DNA of 60,047 bases, the filler included, from Sluysia triapertura (taxonomy: Eukaryota), in assembly GCA_046118255.1 (NCBI GenBank). It is 3 parts of 3 records of this genome, joined end to end, with 100 filler letters (N's around TTAATTAATTAA, not from the genome) between each part and the next. Parts side by side here need not be neighbours in the genome. Positions count along the whole stretch, not along the records: positions 30,863 to 46,534 come from JBJNIA010221799.1; positions 46,635 to 60,047 come from JBJNIA010041467.1; 1 more part is not named here. The stretch is one strand, 5' to 3'. How positions within the stretch are numbered: the first letter of the stretch is position 1; each line of letters starts with the position of its first letter. Below, piece by piece: positions 43,430-58,000 of this stretch. The position numbers were made by a program, and so were the translations under genes. Under the pieces are notes generated by a model, which saw only the letters and a list, made by a program, of their open reading frames with translations, was not told the origin of the DNA and ran no database searches.

Positions 43430-43590
43430 ATATCATATTTGCTATTGTTAGGTTCTCATCACAGCCCTTGAACTTATTACTTTTCGAAAAAAAGGAAATA
43501 ACATTTCCTAAAAAAATAAAATGAAATTTCATTCATATTGATTGGCTGATGACTAGTAAACATGCTGATATCAGTTTAGCTTAAGTTACA
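43430..43590 (+). repeat. Third copy of the promoter-like repeat, without the HSE block
   Basis: CATCACAGCCCT...TTTTCGAAAAAAA...ATTGGCTGATGAC...ATCAGTTT matches the reverse complement of 49955-50132 and 53665-53875. Confidence 0.5.
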
Positions 43591-44121
43591 ATTTAATAAT
43601 AATTTAATTGGAGTAAGCGGTTTTCAAAAAGAGCGCGGAAATTTTTTGTTCAATTCAACAATTCAATATTTAGTTGTTCATCCGAATTTAGTATGTTATT
43701 TTTAGCTCTACGAATTAAAACTATAAACTACACTTAAAATCAATTTTAATTAAACGCTTTTGATCAAGGCGTTTCTCAAATATTTTGTATTTATAAAACG
43801 AACGCATCTTCGTTATTAAGAATTACTAAACATGTTGAAGAAAGATGTAAAAGCAAACTTCTGAAGACCTGTACCGAGTAAGTCGACAACGTTCAATCGT
43901 GTATCCAAATTTGAAGGAACTTGATAATTGTGTAAGTTTGCTCGTATTTCCGTAAGAGATAATATAAACTCACATTTATATTTATCATCAAATTAATTAG
44001 TAAGAAGAAGAAATATCAATGTAAACTAATTATTATATGTGATGGTTGGTTTATTAATACATGAAGGAGTAGTTTAAAAAATGAAATTTTATTATTTAAA
44101 TTCAAAATTGATTTAAGGTCC

Positions 44122-45310
44122 TTACAAAACGCTTTGTAATATAATTAATAAGTAAAAATTATAATAAATTATACGTTTTTCTTTAAAAACAAAAAGATAA
44201 AAAACAATTCTTTTATTTGGAACATATACTGCACAGATTGACCTTTGAAAAACAATAATATGTTGTATAAATGAACCACTTACAAGATTGTAACTTGGAA
44301 GAGCACACTGTATGAGGAAGCGATGGCTTCTACGAGAATAAAGGCTTCTACGAACATTCGATTCAGCCTGTATATACTTTGTTGTAAGAGTAGTATTTGA
44401 AGGCACGAATCGTAGACTTCGTCGGTCACTCCATGCTCATATCCAAACATATTTTGAATTTTGAAAGTATAAGTATTAGATGAAAAAGGTTCACTATTGT
44501 TTTCAAACCTAAACTCGAATCTCATTATTCTTAACTTATTCTTAATTTTTATATCATTAACAGAATCACACTTGTAAAAACTATCATGATTACTACTATG
44601 ATTATCAACATGGACGCCACCATTACTTTCATCATCATCAAGAAAATCATCTTCATCATAGTCACTAGTCTCATTATGATCATAACGATAAATAAACATT
44701 ATAAAAGATTTAAAACAATTTGCGTAAATTTTGAAATTTAATATTATAAAAACAGAAACGAAGGAAAAGAAAGCATCATTTGATTTGCTTTTGTAACGAT
44801 TAGAATGTTCTTTTTGAAATTTCCAATTAACAGCACGTGGTATATCATCTTTTCATATGAATCTTTATCAAAACCACGTCCAAATCCGGAACATAAAGTG
44901 TTATTGTGCCTTCCATCTAAAAATATCTGAAAAGACAACTTCAAATTTAAACATTCACCATAACTTACTGCAAGCACATTATTATTTTCATCTTCACTTT
45001 CTATTTGATACATTTCAATAGCCAGCTTGGATCTCAATCTGACATCAAGTTTTTTCATTGAATCTTCCTTCATAATCTGCATAAAAATCACGAAATTGGC
45101 TCGAAAGCCTTTCCATAAACTTAGTTTCATTGGGTTTTTCTGTTTGAAAATAGCCTGTTCGATAAAAAATTTTGGAAACTAGACTCAAGTATATGATTCA
45201 TTTCTTCACAAAAGCCATCTCGCCGATTTTTCATAATACAACTTTTTAAAAAGTGCTTCTAATCTTTATAAAGTAATATTCAAAGGTGATTCAAATCATA
45301 TAGTTCGTGA
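44122..45310 (-). pseudogene. Disrupted intronless orphan gene (ORFs 45130-44744 and 44699-44280 joined by one frameshift)
   Basis: The frame of the second ORF stays open upstream to overlap the end of the first. Coding-like sequence extends to about 45310 with stops. Acidic DYDEDDFLDDDE tract. No recognisable domain. Confidence 0.5.
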
Positions 45311-46424
45311 AGAATACAAAATTATACTTCAATACGTACAAAAAATTATAAAAAAGAAAATAGTTACAACTGAAATTAATAACGATAAGAAAAATCAAAA
45401 AATAAATCGAAATAGACATTGACATAATCTAATACAAAGTTATAAAATAAGTTTTAACAAAATAATTTATTTAAAGATTTCAAATTGAGAAAGACCAAAA
45501 TAATAAACATGAACCAAGTTGAAAGTTAAACATATTTACATATAAAACACTAAAAGACATAATAATGTACAGATAAGAGAAATAAATAAATAAATAAATA
45601 AACATTTAAATAAAATTGACTAGCCATGTAATAACATGCAATTAGATATGAATTAAAAACAAATAGAAATTCGACGATAAATGCTACAAACCGAGCAATG
45701 TATAGTAGCAAATTTAAATTATATTAAATCTATTCTCTTTTCCTTGTCAATCACAATGCTTTGATCTAAAACGTGATTTTTGCTATTTCATATTTGCTTT
45801 TGATTGTTGTTTTATAAACTGCGTCTACCATAGCTCATTTTAATATGTAAGTGATTTCGTACTACTTCGAGACAACAATTCGGTTAGCATATGTATATAA
45901 TAATTCTATTTTCTTACACGAATGATAAAGAATTATTTAGAACATGGAATAAAAAACTTCTCAGAGGTGATGTTGAGGCAAATTAGAAAAGTGATATCAG
46001 CGCAGCTAAACATGATAATTTATAATAATAGTTTATGTGTTGAAGATTTTTTTTATGTTTGGGTCTTGTAATTTGTGTGATATGAGTTGAAGTTGTGCAA
46101 TGTCAAAAGTATTAGCAAATGACTTTTATGTAAATATGTGACTGTATGTGGGAATCAAAGTACAGTATATGACTGAGAAACCACATTATAAAAAGTAAAT
46201 CTACTTTGAGGCTTTTGATGTTCTCATTTCGTATATTTTGCTGTATCAACCACGTTTTGTAATATTCGTTGAAATATAATACTTGTTATTTAATTAGTAA
46301 TTCTTATAATGGAAGTAAATCTTTTTATCTTTTAATTCCTTTTTGGAAAATTATTTTCTTTTATGGAAGTTGACGTGTTTTAAATGATTTCTGCTAAGAA
46401 ATTTGATGATTTGAGATAGCTATT

Positions 46425-46534
46425 TATAATAATAATATATTAATTTATATTGCACTCATATCTACTGCAAAGTAAGTACTCAAAAGCGCTTAAAATAAAT
46501 CATTCATTATAATATTTCTGAAACAGAAACAACT
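46425..46534 (-). mobile_element. L2 LINE 3' end cut by contig end
   Basis: Reverse complement of about 50-160. Confidence 0.75.
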
Positions 46535-46634
46535 NNNNNNNNNNNNNNNNNNNNNNNNNNNNNNNNNNNNNNNNNNNNTTAATTAATTAANNNNNNNNNN
46601 NNNNNNNNNNNNNNNNNNNNNNNNNNNNNNNNNN
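46535..46634. other. Artificial contig spacer N44-TTAATTAATTAA-N44
   Basis: Identical to 30763-30862. Confidence 0.97.
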
Positions 46635-46712
<78 letters not shown>

Positions 46713-48270
46713 GACGGAACGACTTGGACTCGATTACGCGATCTCAATTGAAAAAGTATTTTAACAAAATATGTATTTATAAAGTTAAGCACAGTGTGAT
46801 GATAGAATCACTACTTAGGTCAAATCATCGGGGGATTCCAGTAATATACTATAGGCGAGCACATAATACGGTATCAAAGTTTTTATATACAACTTTTCTA
46901 AATGTGAAATATTATTGGTCAAAAACTATCTTACTCAATTGTTGTTATTGTGTCAACATTCACATTTTTATTAATTTTGTAATTTATCAGATTCTTCGGA
47001 AACAACCGTGAATTCATAATAACACTTTAATGATTTTTGAAGTAGAGTTATTGATTATAAGTAAATAATAAACGTGTCAACAAACAATTCACAAATGTAT
47101 CTCGTTTTGTTTTATTCAAAAGACGTTTTCAAAGTTTAGCAGAATACGTTGTATTTCTTGTTTAAATTTTACAAATTGTATATGACTTAATACCTTGTTA
47201 GATATTATTAAATGAAAAAATGAAGTATTTCTGACTTATTTCACATAAACTTAAAATGAATAGCACTTATACAAACCAATAACTATGAGATATTTTTTTA
47301 CGAAGTGAATTAATCCTTTCAACCATAATTATCATAAAACTTTTTCAGTTATTATATTATTAATTATTAATTAAATAAGTTTAAAATTTAACCTACAAAA
47401 ATAATACATCAAAAATCAAATTTTCATATACTCGATTTTTATTGGTTAAAAATAATATTTCAAAAAACCAACTAATATGCACAAGTTTTATATTAAATTA
47501 TTAAATATATACAGAAAATCAATAAAAATTAAAACAAAAATAACATAATGAAGCCATCCAATAGAATCTATGAATTACATGAAATAACCAATAACAAATG
47601 AACAAACATACGCAAAAAAATAAGAATTTTTCAAAAATTAATATAAATAAAACTAAAAATTCTGAATTTTTAAATTACGTATCAAAGATTAATATTTGAA
47701 ATATTTTTTCTTATTATTTTTTATAAAAGCTGAAATTTATTTTTAATTAATTAATTTTCATCATTGAAAAAAATTAGCATCTGTTTTTTTTGTAATTTAT
47801 CAATTAAAACTTGAAATAAATTTCACATAAAAATCTCTGAATTTTATGAACAATATAAATATTGATTAAATAATGACTAATCAAAAATGAGCAATTACTC
47901 GACGATTTTTCCTTGTAATTTTTTCTTTAGTTTATTTAAGGAAAAATCAGGAAAAAAATGAAAATAAAAATCTATTTTATCACGTTTGAAATAACAATAA
48001 GTATACAAAGTATAATAGCATACAAACGAAACAAAACAAGGAAGCATATACAAATCAAAAAGCAGAACAATTAAAATAAGTAATTATTCTAATTATTTTA
48101 GCTACTTATGTTTGTAAACAATATATTTCTTATTAAAAATATATTTTACAATTAATGAGCATAGATTATATCATCTATTACTAATAAAAACTACAAACCT
48201 GACTGGATGGTTAAACAAAAAAAAATTAGAATTCAAAATTTAATTACATAATAAATTTTTAATGTGTTAA

Positions 48271-48984
48271 TTAATTTTTATGATCATTTTTGAGTAACTG
48301 GATTGATTGAAGTAATTTTTGACAAAGAGGTTCATCTTGAATACCAGCTTTTAAAATATCTTCACGTGTGGCTATTAAAAGGGTGTCTGTGTTACGACAC
48401 AGTGCGGAACGAATAAGTAATTGGGAGATATTTTCATCCAATCGCAACGAATTGACCCACTCGATTGGATGAATTGGCTTTTGAAGAACAACATATCCCT
48501 AAATTTAATTTTATTATTATTATGTCGTTAAAATGAAATTAAGTTTTCATATAACTGTTTAATTAAACGATTTTCAGATTAATCTTTATTATCTTAATAA
48601 TAAATAAACGTAATTTTTACTTTATACTTCAATTAAGTTCGACAAAACATATTATTATCAAAAAAAAGAAATACAAAAATGCAAAATATCTGAACAAATA
48701 TATTTCTGATTTAAAAATACACAAATTAGCATAACTAACTATATCTTGTTTGTCCAGCATTTCCACAGTTTCTTGTGTGATTTCGTTCTGACTTTCTCTA
48801 TAATTATAAAAATATAACATTTACAAATAATACTTTTCCAAACAATATTAATTTAAATGAGTATAGCTAACTTAAGCAACTTAATGTTGTCATTGTAAGA
48901 CTTATTCTTTCTCAACGGAAGACATTCTCGCTAAGCAGCAAGTGAAATTGAAATTGAAATAAAACATAAAACAACAACAACAAC

Positions 48985-49029
<45 letters not shown>

Positions 49030-52000
49030 TCTTTTTGTACATTTTTCTGCAAGAATCCCACTGATTTACGAATATTTCGTTTATTTCTTCCATGATCCAA
49101 GAGTACAATCCACAAATGCATGTAACACATAACATTCAAGAATATCTTATATTGTGTCTATTCTTCTTGAGTCAGATCAGCACAGTTTTGCATATTTTCC
49201 ATCATATCAATAAAAAATTTGATAATAATGCACAAAGGTTTGAATAAATGGACTTCTACTGTCCAATTTGGGATTCAACTTTGGCATCAACGTTTAACTC
49301 ACCTGGACCAGATTCATTGTGCTGTGGTTTTCCTAACACTTAATCTAAGGTAAAATATTTTTGAGCATGTTGTGGTTTCAGCAAACGTCTGATGACTTGA
49401 AGAAGGCGTTTCTGTAATTGTGTAAGATAATATTTTATCTAAATAGCAATGCTTCTTAATTAGGGTTTTGTCAAATGTAATTAAATGTTACAAAAACACT
49501 TCTTAATTTAACAAAAAATTCTAATTCTAATGAAACTGTAAACTCAGGTAAGTTTATTCAAAAACCACAAAAAGATTTAAAATTTACAAATCACGTATAA
49601 TATAAAGAATAGACAGAAAATTAATTAAATTTTACAATTAAAACTCGATGGTCTTTAATTGTTTTTGTTATAAAATAAATTTAAGTGGATTTTGCCCCTA
49701 AATATATCAGGGAAACTTAATGTAACTTTAAAAATAAAGTTAAGCAGATTTTCGCAATTAGTATCACCTTAGTAAAAATAACCTACCATAAACATAGAAC
49801 GGAAAGCTGGTTCTGATCGAATAATATTGCCACCAGAATTGACTGTTAATTGTTTGATTGTCAATCGATAAACCAAAAATTTTCAACCCAAAAATAAATG
49901 ATAAAAGAACAATATGGCTACTAAATTGTATAATTCAAAATGGTGATTCTCATTAAACTGATGTTAGTTTATATAACAGTCATCAACCAATAAGAATAGA
50001 TGGAATGTTCCAGAACATTCTAAAATCTTCTATTCTATTATTAGAAGTGAATTTTATTTTTTCGAAAAATAAATATTTTTAAAGTGATTTTAAAGAATTT
50101 AAAATGATTTTAGAGGGCTGTGATGGCAACCTATAAATGTTAAGGATGTGAACACACACGAAAAGTGTTTCTTTTTCAAATCCCACAATGATTGCTTGAA
50201 TGTCGAATACTCTCTGTTTTATATGACTGATCTTGTTTGCATTAAACCAATCTGAGTGGACTTTTAGTTCATTTTGTCATTATTGATACTGTATTTTTCA
50301 TCATTGTCAACATAAAGTTGCGAAATTTAGATGATCATATTTGTAAACCAACACAACGGTCTACGTGATTACTTTTAATCATCTGAGTAAGTATTAGAGG
50401 TTATAAAACCCTTCTTTCTATGAGAAATATTAAATTGAATGCAATAATTTATTTTAATTTTGAATACAATCCATAATTTGTATAATTCTCAAAAAGTGTG
50501 TGTAGCAAGTGCACCGTATCAGTATAATTCAGTCTATATCATCAATAATTGCTTAAATGACAACAAAAAATATGAAAAATAAAATCAATGAAACAGAATA
50601 TCTCTTTAATTTACCAATAAATAAACAAAATAATTCGATTATTAACCCCTTAACGTTCAATTTATTTTTCAAAAAAACGTCCAAAAAAACTCATTTTTTA
50701 TTGCTGCATTAATATTTTAGTGTAAGCGTCTTATAACTAGTAGTTGGCACCTCTGTAACTAACGCAAGTTAATTCTAATACCAAACAACTTAATATATTA
50801 ATCAAATTAACTCGAGTTAATTCGAGTGTGCGAGTTAAGGGGTTAAAATTATTAACACGGTAACTAACACTTTCATTGATGTGCATGGCTTTACACATCT
50901 TTCTGTAGACAAATGTTGTTCTTGCTCTTCATGATGTTTCTTCTGGTCGTTCATTGCTTGGACATAATTTCCTCCAACAATTATATTGTTTAGCTTTTGT
51001 GTTGACTGCGACGGCTGTAAAGTACATTGTGTAGCACCACTTAGAACTGAATCGATTGGTCGAAAATCTTCTTGACATGCAACCTCATTGCTTGAATTAG
51101 AACAAACAATAGTATCTCGATTATAGGGAGTCTCAGATTCATCATGATTAAGAGCAAAACTTGCTGGTGAAAAGGCTTGATTACTAGCTGAATTGAATTT
51201 AAAAATTAAACAGATAAAATTATAAATTAGAACTTACTGTCACAAGAGGATGCGGAAGAATGCATTTGGGTCAGATGTTCCTGGGAAATATTTGACAAAG
51301 CAACGCTTGAGAAGCAAGGATTGCAATTAGGTGGAGCTATAGACGAAGAAGGATGCGTAGAAAAATGTGTGGGATCACTAGACTGCACTATACCTGATGC
51401 TGAAGCTGCATTATATGATGATGAAGAAGACGAGGCAAATGACAGTGGGTTACTGTGATCTTGACGAGTCCGCACAGGACGAAGAGGAGCAGTCGATGGT
51501 GGAGGTGTTGAAGGGTGAACTGATTGTGGAGGTCGACGAGTTGTGGACACATGGATGTTTCGAGGTGGTAGCAAAGGAGGCACAGGTTCGGTTAAGTAAT
51601 TATTATCTGGCTCATATGATTGGTGTAATGAAGGAAGGTGATCTGAAAAATTGCTGAGATCAACACGAGCATCTAAATGTCTTCTTTGATTGGACACTCC
51701 GTGCCGAATGGCTTCATGAGTTATGTAACTTTCATTGTTGACCATCATCATTTCTTTCGTATCATTATCATCACTGAAATGTTCACCCTTCGTTGAATTG
51801 CTATCTGGATCTGTATTCTCGTTATTTTTATCCAAAAAAAGATTGCTTTGAAAATGATTACAAGTATGTTCCGATTTAATGGTAGCACTATTGTCACATG
51901 ACAATTTGGTGCTTTTTAACAAACGATTTGTAGCTAACGTTTTCGAATTGTTTAAGTCTTCGGAAATAGTTTGGTTCTGTTGTAAATAAAAGTATTATTA

Positions 52001-55000
52001 CATCATAATTATAATTTGTTTTTTAAATATACAATAAATATAATAAATATAATAAATATAATCAAATTTACCGACTGTTTTTGTAAACATATTGAGAAAA
52101 AAACCTCTCAAAAAATTGGAAGAAGCTGAAATTCAAACTTATACGTTGCATTTGTTCATCAGCTGTTTATTTTTAACAAAATACATGCTTTATGATTACT
52201 ATATTTTATTTAGAGGAAAATTTGAAAGAGTATGCACCCACTGATTGTAATACAACGAAAAAGAAGGCAAAAGAAAATTAAGCAAAATCTACAAAAATAA
52301 ATGCACAATTAAGAAATGGATTTAATAGTTTAACAGTCGGAGAGTTTCCGTTTCTAATGAAAACAATGTTAAAATTAGGAATCGTCAAGAATCGAATATA
52401 TTTATAGATTTATTGAAAGAGATAAATAGCCTTGATTGGTCAAAAGATCGAGCCCTATTTAATGGCATGATGACATTAGACTACATAATACACAAAGAAT
52501 TTCTTCATCTTTCTCCACACTCACCACTTTTTCCGCAATTTGGATAAATTTTTTAATAGAAAAATTCTTTTCCGCTAGAGTTCTATTTTAGAGTTATGTA
52601 AGAATTGTGTGGAACGACATGTTTTTTGAATTTTAGAATGGTATTTATTTTGTTTATTTTATTTAAACTGTAAACATTAAAGTTTAAAACATTTGAAATG
52701 TAACCATAATATTTTAGGTTATCCTTGAGTATAATAAAATATTATATTTAAAACAAAAAAATAATATAATAAAATAATATAATATAAAAGAAATTACTTC
52801 TTCTTTTTCGTGACGTAAAACTCTCATACTATTGGATACAAAACTGTTGAAATTGTTTTCATTTGTTAAAGTTGACGAATCATCAATTGGTAAACGACGA
52901 AACATCCATTCATTTTCTATGTGATTTTTGACTCGTGTCGAATTTTGACTGATGCTATGATTCAAACAGGCACACTTACGAAGGCTTACTAGAGATTCTA
53001 AAGCTGCGTCGATTGGTCTAAATGCAGAGATCTGAAATAAAACGTAAAAGTAATTCAAATTATATCAGAAAACTATTTTCCAATTACGTTTGTTATTATC
53101 AATCATGTTTACTTTTATTTCTTAGATTTATTTTGCTGTGGTTTATTCTTAACTCTTAACCTACGACAAAATAAAATTGAGCAGGGTCCGGTTACAGTAA
53201 GAATGTTACAACTAGTAGTTGGCACTTCTGTAACTAACACAAGTTAATTCTAATGTCAAAAAAATTAATATATTAATTAAATTAGAACAAACCTCAATTT
53301 ATGATCAAAACCCTGAGGGCCTTTGATCTTACAACTTTATGTATGAATTTAAAAAGTTCCCCTCATTAGATCGAGGCTGCAAAATATCCTTATTTAGATT
53401 TATGTTTCAAATTAAACGTCCTTACAATTAATAAAACTTACCAAACGATTAAGAAATAATTAAAGTAAATCCGAAGTATTCTGCGCCAAAATCGTAGAAC
53501 AATAATGTAGATACTTGCTGAATGACTGAAAATCTACTAATAATTGCTAATTGTGTGATAATTGCGAATTATAATAACTAGTTGTTATTGATTTGTAATT
53601 GAAATTGTAAAAATTGCCTGACTAATTAAAATTGAAATCGAAATTGTTATTGTAATAAATATTGAGCTGATGCTAGTATATATACTGGTCATCAGCCAAT
53701 AGAAATCGATGGAATATTCCATAACATTCTAGAAGCTTCTATTCTATTTTTAGAAGCTTATTTTCTTTTTTGGAAAATAAATGCTTTTTACTTGTTTGGA
53801 ATCTTTTAAATATTTTTAAATGACTTAAAATTTTTAATGTTTTTGATAATTTTAAAGGGTTGTGTGATGGCAAATACCACCGGCTTGACAACCTGCTGCT
53901 GAAGTTGATGAATAAAATAATTTTAGATATTTGTAGTTCTCTTTTTTCTACAAATTTCAACCTAGATGATCTAATAAAAGCAAAAATTTAAAAGTATTTT
54001 TAAAGTCAGTAAAGCTATTGTTACAATATATTAAAAGATCCCTCATCATACAAAATAAATATAAAATTTTGTTACGAATTTTGTACATAAAATCCTTTTT
54101 ATTGCAAAAATTTGACAATTTATAAGTATACTATTTTGTGTATACTATTTTATATTTATTCGTATTTAAGTCAGCTTACATAGTATCGATATTAATTGAT
54201 TTACGTCAATGTAATATCCAATAACTCTCCAATAATATTGAATTCAAAAAATAATTCAAATAAACGCCATTAGAAATAACCAATTAAAGTTCAGTTTTTT
54301 TATATAACATTTGAACATATTTTCTTTTCAAATATAACAAATAATTAATCAGCACACAAGTGAGATTTGACATTAAGATAATTTCAAATATGAAATTATT
54401 TGGAAATTATTATCTGAATTGGAATTTTTTAAAATCAAATGGTAGTAATTTATTGTTTAATTTTGTTAGGTTGTCATTATAAATGTTTTAAAATTATTTA
54501 TAAATAATTGTCTAAAAACACTTAAAAAATAGAGGAAAAATCAATTTTTAGCTTTAATATTGTAAGAACCCCGAGATATTGATGGGACATTTTCTACTTA
54601 TTTTGAAAACAATTAGATCGAATATTGCAACAGGATTTAGATCATACAATAATATTTACGTTTTATTTTATTTTCTATTTTGTATCATAATCTAGTATAC
54701 ACGTACATTTTAAAAAAATATGAGCCTTTTCTTTATTGTGCTATTTAAAATTAAGACAAAATTATCAGGAACGTACTAAACGTATTTTTAAGTGAATATA
54801 GTTAACCCATTCGCTGCCAAGGACGAGTATACTCGTCCTACTTTAAATGTATTATAACATGCAAGCTTTTGAATAAGCAAATTTTTTTTGCCACAAACAT
54901 AATATAAATATGTAAAAAACTTGAAAAATAATACAAATAAATTTTTTTACAAAAATAATACTTTATTTCTTATAGAGAATAATCTTTCACGCAAAAATCA

Positions 55001-58000
55001 ACAATAACGCTCAAAATATAAATGGCAATGGGGATGATTTCATATAATTTGGGCTTGGCAGCGAATGGGTTAACTTATCAAGTTACAGAAACACCAACTA
55101 ATGGTTTAAGACGTTTACTGTAACCGGACTCTACTCATATTTTTATTTTGCCGTAGGTTTAGTTTTAAGAAAACCACAGCAATTTTATTGGTAATTTAAT
55201 AGTATTTCAAGAACAGTTTGTTTATAAAATTTCAATAACAAAGTACAGCAATATAATAATTAATAATTAATACAAATTTAACGTAGAACATAGTATCTCA
55301 GAAGATACAAAGATATTAATATATCTTTTGGTAAATCTGCATTAATTGTGGATTTTAAAAGTGGAAATTATGAAATTGAAGCTATATTTAGAATAAAGAA
55401 CTGAGAATATTTTAAAACGTTGTGAATAAGAAAGTGTACCGATTGCAATTAAATTGGTTTCTATGGTTACAAAATAAAGAAGAATTTTTAACACAAAAAT
55501 AAAAGATAAGGATAATAAGTGATTGTACAATGATTATTAAATGATTCATCAAAATGTACTTTTCCAAAACTATTAATTTCAAATTTAAAGTGTACCTTAT
55601 ATTAAATAAATCTTATTTAATTAGCATTATAAAAATGATACTTAGTATTTGTTTCTAACAGATTATATGAGTTACTAAATTAAAAAATGTCATACTTTTT
55701 AATTACTGACAATTTTTATTAGATAATAAACTTACTTCGTCAGATGTATGATTCATGAAAGAACTTGGAGTGAATTGAGATAACTTTAATGAATCCAAGT
55801 TAGAAAATATGTCGAGATTATTTCTGGCAAACGACAGTTCTTCATTTAAGGTATACGTAGAGGTAAAAAAATCTGAAGATTGAATTATTATTAATATTAT
55901 TATTATTATCAATTATTACTATTAATTATTTTTATTAATAAAATCGATAATTATTAATTAAAACATTATACCCAATAATTTGTAAATTAATCATGAATTA
56001 ATCATAAAATTATAATAAACCTGTAATTTGTTGACATTGTTTCACGTCGTAATTGATTAAGTCCAAGCAAGCAATACTTAAGTAACCTCGAATGATAGCA
56101 GTACCAATGCAGCATCCCTGATGATCTATGTCAATGGTAAAACAGTTGGACTTGTTGTAACTGAACTGACTAAGAGGAAGTGGAAAATAAGCTAAATACA
56201 ATGTTGATCATTATTAAAAATATTTTTAAAACATTGATTTTTATATTGTCACACCAATAAAATCCCAGTCACATTTAAAAACACTTTTTCCATTAAATAA
56301 TCGAACTGTTTACTGGATTTTGATGGATTGTCAGTGATACAGATGCAATAGAAAACAGAGGTCCGAAAAATAACAAAATAACTTCTTTTCTCTATTATGT
56401 TATTTAAATAATAATGTTAGTAGGTCAAATGTTAAAGAATTCTGAGAATCTATTATCATTTCTATATGACGATGATGAAAAAAGTTAGACAAATATTTTA
56501 TTTAGACTTATTAAAAATTATTTTTTGGTAACTAAATTGAACTGGAAAATAGCGAATACAAAAAAAACACAAATTTTATCAATTTGTCTCTATTATTTAT
56601 TATTTTCTTTATTATTATTATTATTATTATTAATATTATTATTATTATTATTAATATTATTATTATTATTAATATTATTATTATTATAATAAAAACTAAC
56701 CTTATTCCTTAATGACTCAACATATTTAGAGCCCTTGATAGTTACTATAGTAACCTGGCATTCTTCTAATTCCACATTAATTTCATCAATACCTGTAATT
56801 ATCCATGTTTCTCTTGCAGAATGAGGAATCAAACGAAATCTTAAGTCCTTGAAAGCATCAACAACTTTTTGCAACATCTGTTCCAGTGTCCATTCGTTAT
56901 TTGCAATCTCCGATATTTCTGTTATTGCTTGTTTGTGATACAGTACCTGTCAATAGTTAGTATTATTTTAATATTTATATGAATAAAAACAATTGACATT
57001 TATTTGTTTAATTTTAATTTAGTTTTATATTTCAGTACAAAGTAATTGAAATATCCAATACCTTATTAAATAACTCTCCAATTGCACATTATTAGTTGTA
57101 ACACAGCACACAAAGAGAAACTTTTTCAAACAATAAACATCAAATCACACAAAACAGTATAAAAGAAATAAAGATTAGAATACACAGATTCAATCAACAA
57201 AATCAGTAAGTAAAACATCTCTTAACACCTACAGATCCAACAGTGTATTAATGTTGTCGCTAATTGCTGACCATCCATTTTCGCATCCTGTGACATGATG
57301 TTCTTGTTATACCTACATCTTTACTTAGCGAATGGGTCGTGAATTTACACTGACTTATTTTTAACTAGTTAAATTTTTAAAATTCGTAAAATATTGCCGG
57401 ATGTTTACGCGCCGCGGCAAAATAAACATGTGGACGTTTACGTGTTAAGTTACTATATTAATTTATTCAAATTAATTTACTTATTCAAAATCAACAAATG
57501 CTTAAATATAAAATACAACTTTTATAAAAATTGCACTTAAATGATCTATCTTAAAAGAAATCTCAAATTATTTTATTCGGAAATTTCAAATGTTCCAATT
57601 CAATCATGTCTTTCTATCATAAGAATTATGTAGCGATAACTAAGTTAAATTTCAAATGACAAGTAAGACCTGAGCATAACTTAAAACCTTCTGCGACTGA
57701 CTCAAATTATAAGAAGTTACAAGACCGTACGAAGTTCTATAAGCATCCTCAATTACTCTTGTCGTAAATTGCTCTCAACTAAAATGGTGACGGGAGTGGA
57801 ATTTAAACCCACACCCTCAAATCACTATATATCGTATATTGGTATATCTTGGTATTTATCACTTATATCAATTTCATTTTCTCATATTTTATCAAACAGC
57901 TGAACTCATTATTCATTCATTGATAACTAATAATAAATAAGCAGCAAGACTAATTCTCAAAGTGGGAAGTAGATCTCATGTAATACTTTATCTTAAGGAA

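Noticed and set aside
39430-43910. Hammerhead ribozyme cores at CTGATGA/CTGAAGA sites (about 39438, 43546, 43861)
   Set aside because: No correctly placed stem II plus GAAA and stem III could be built by eye. An Infernal scan would be decisive.
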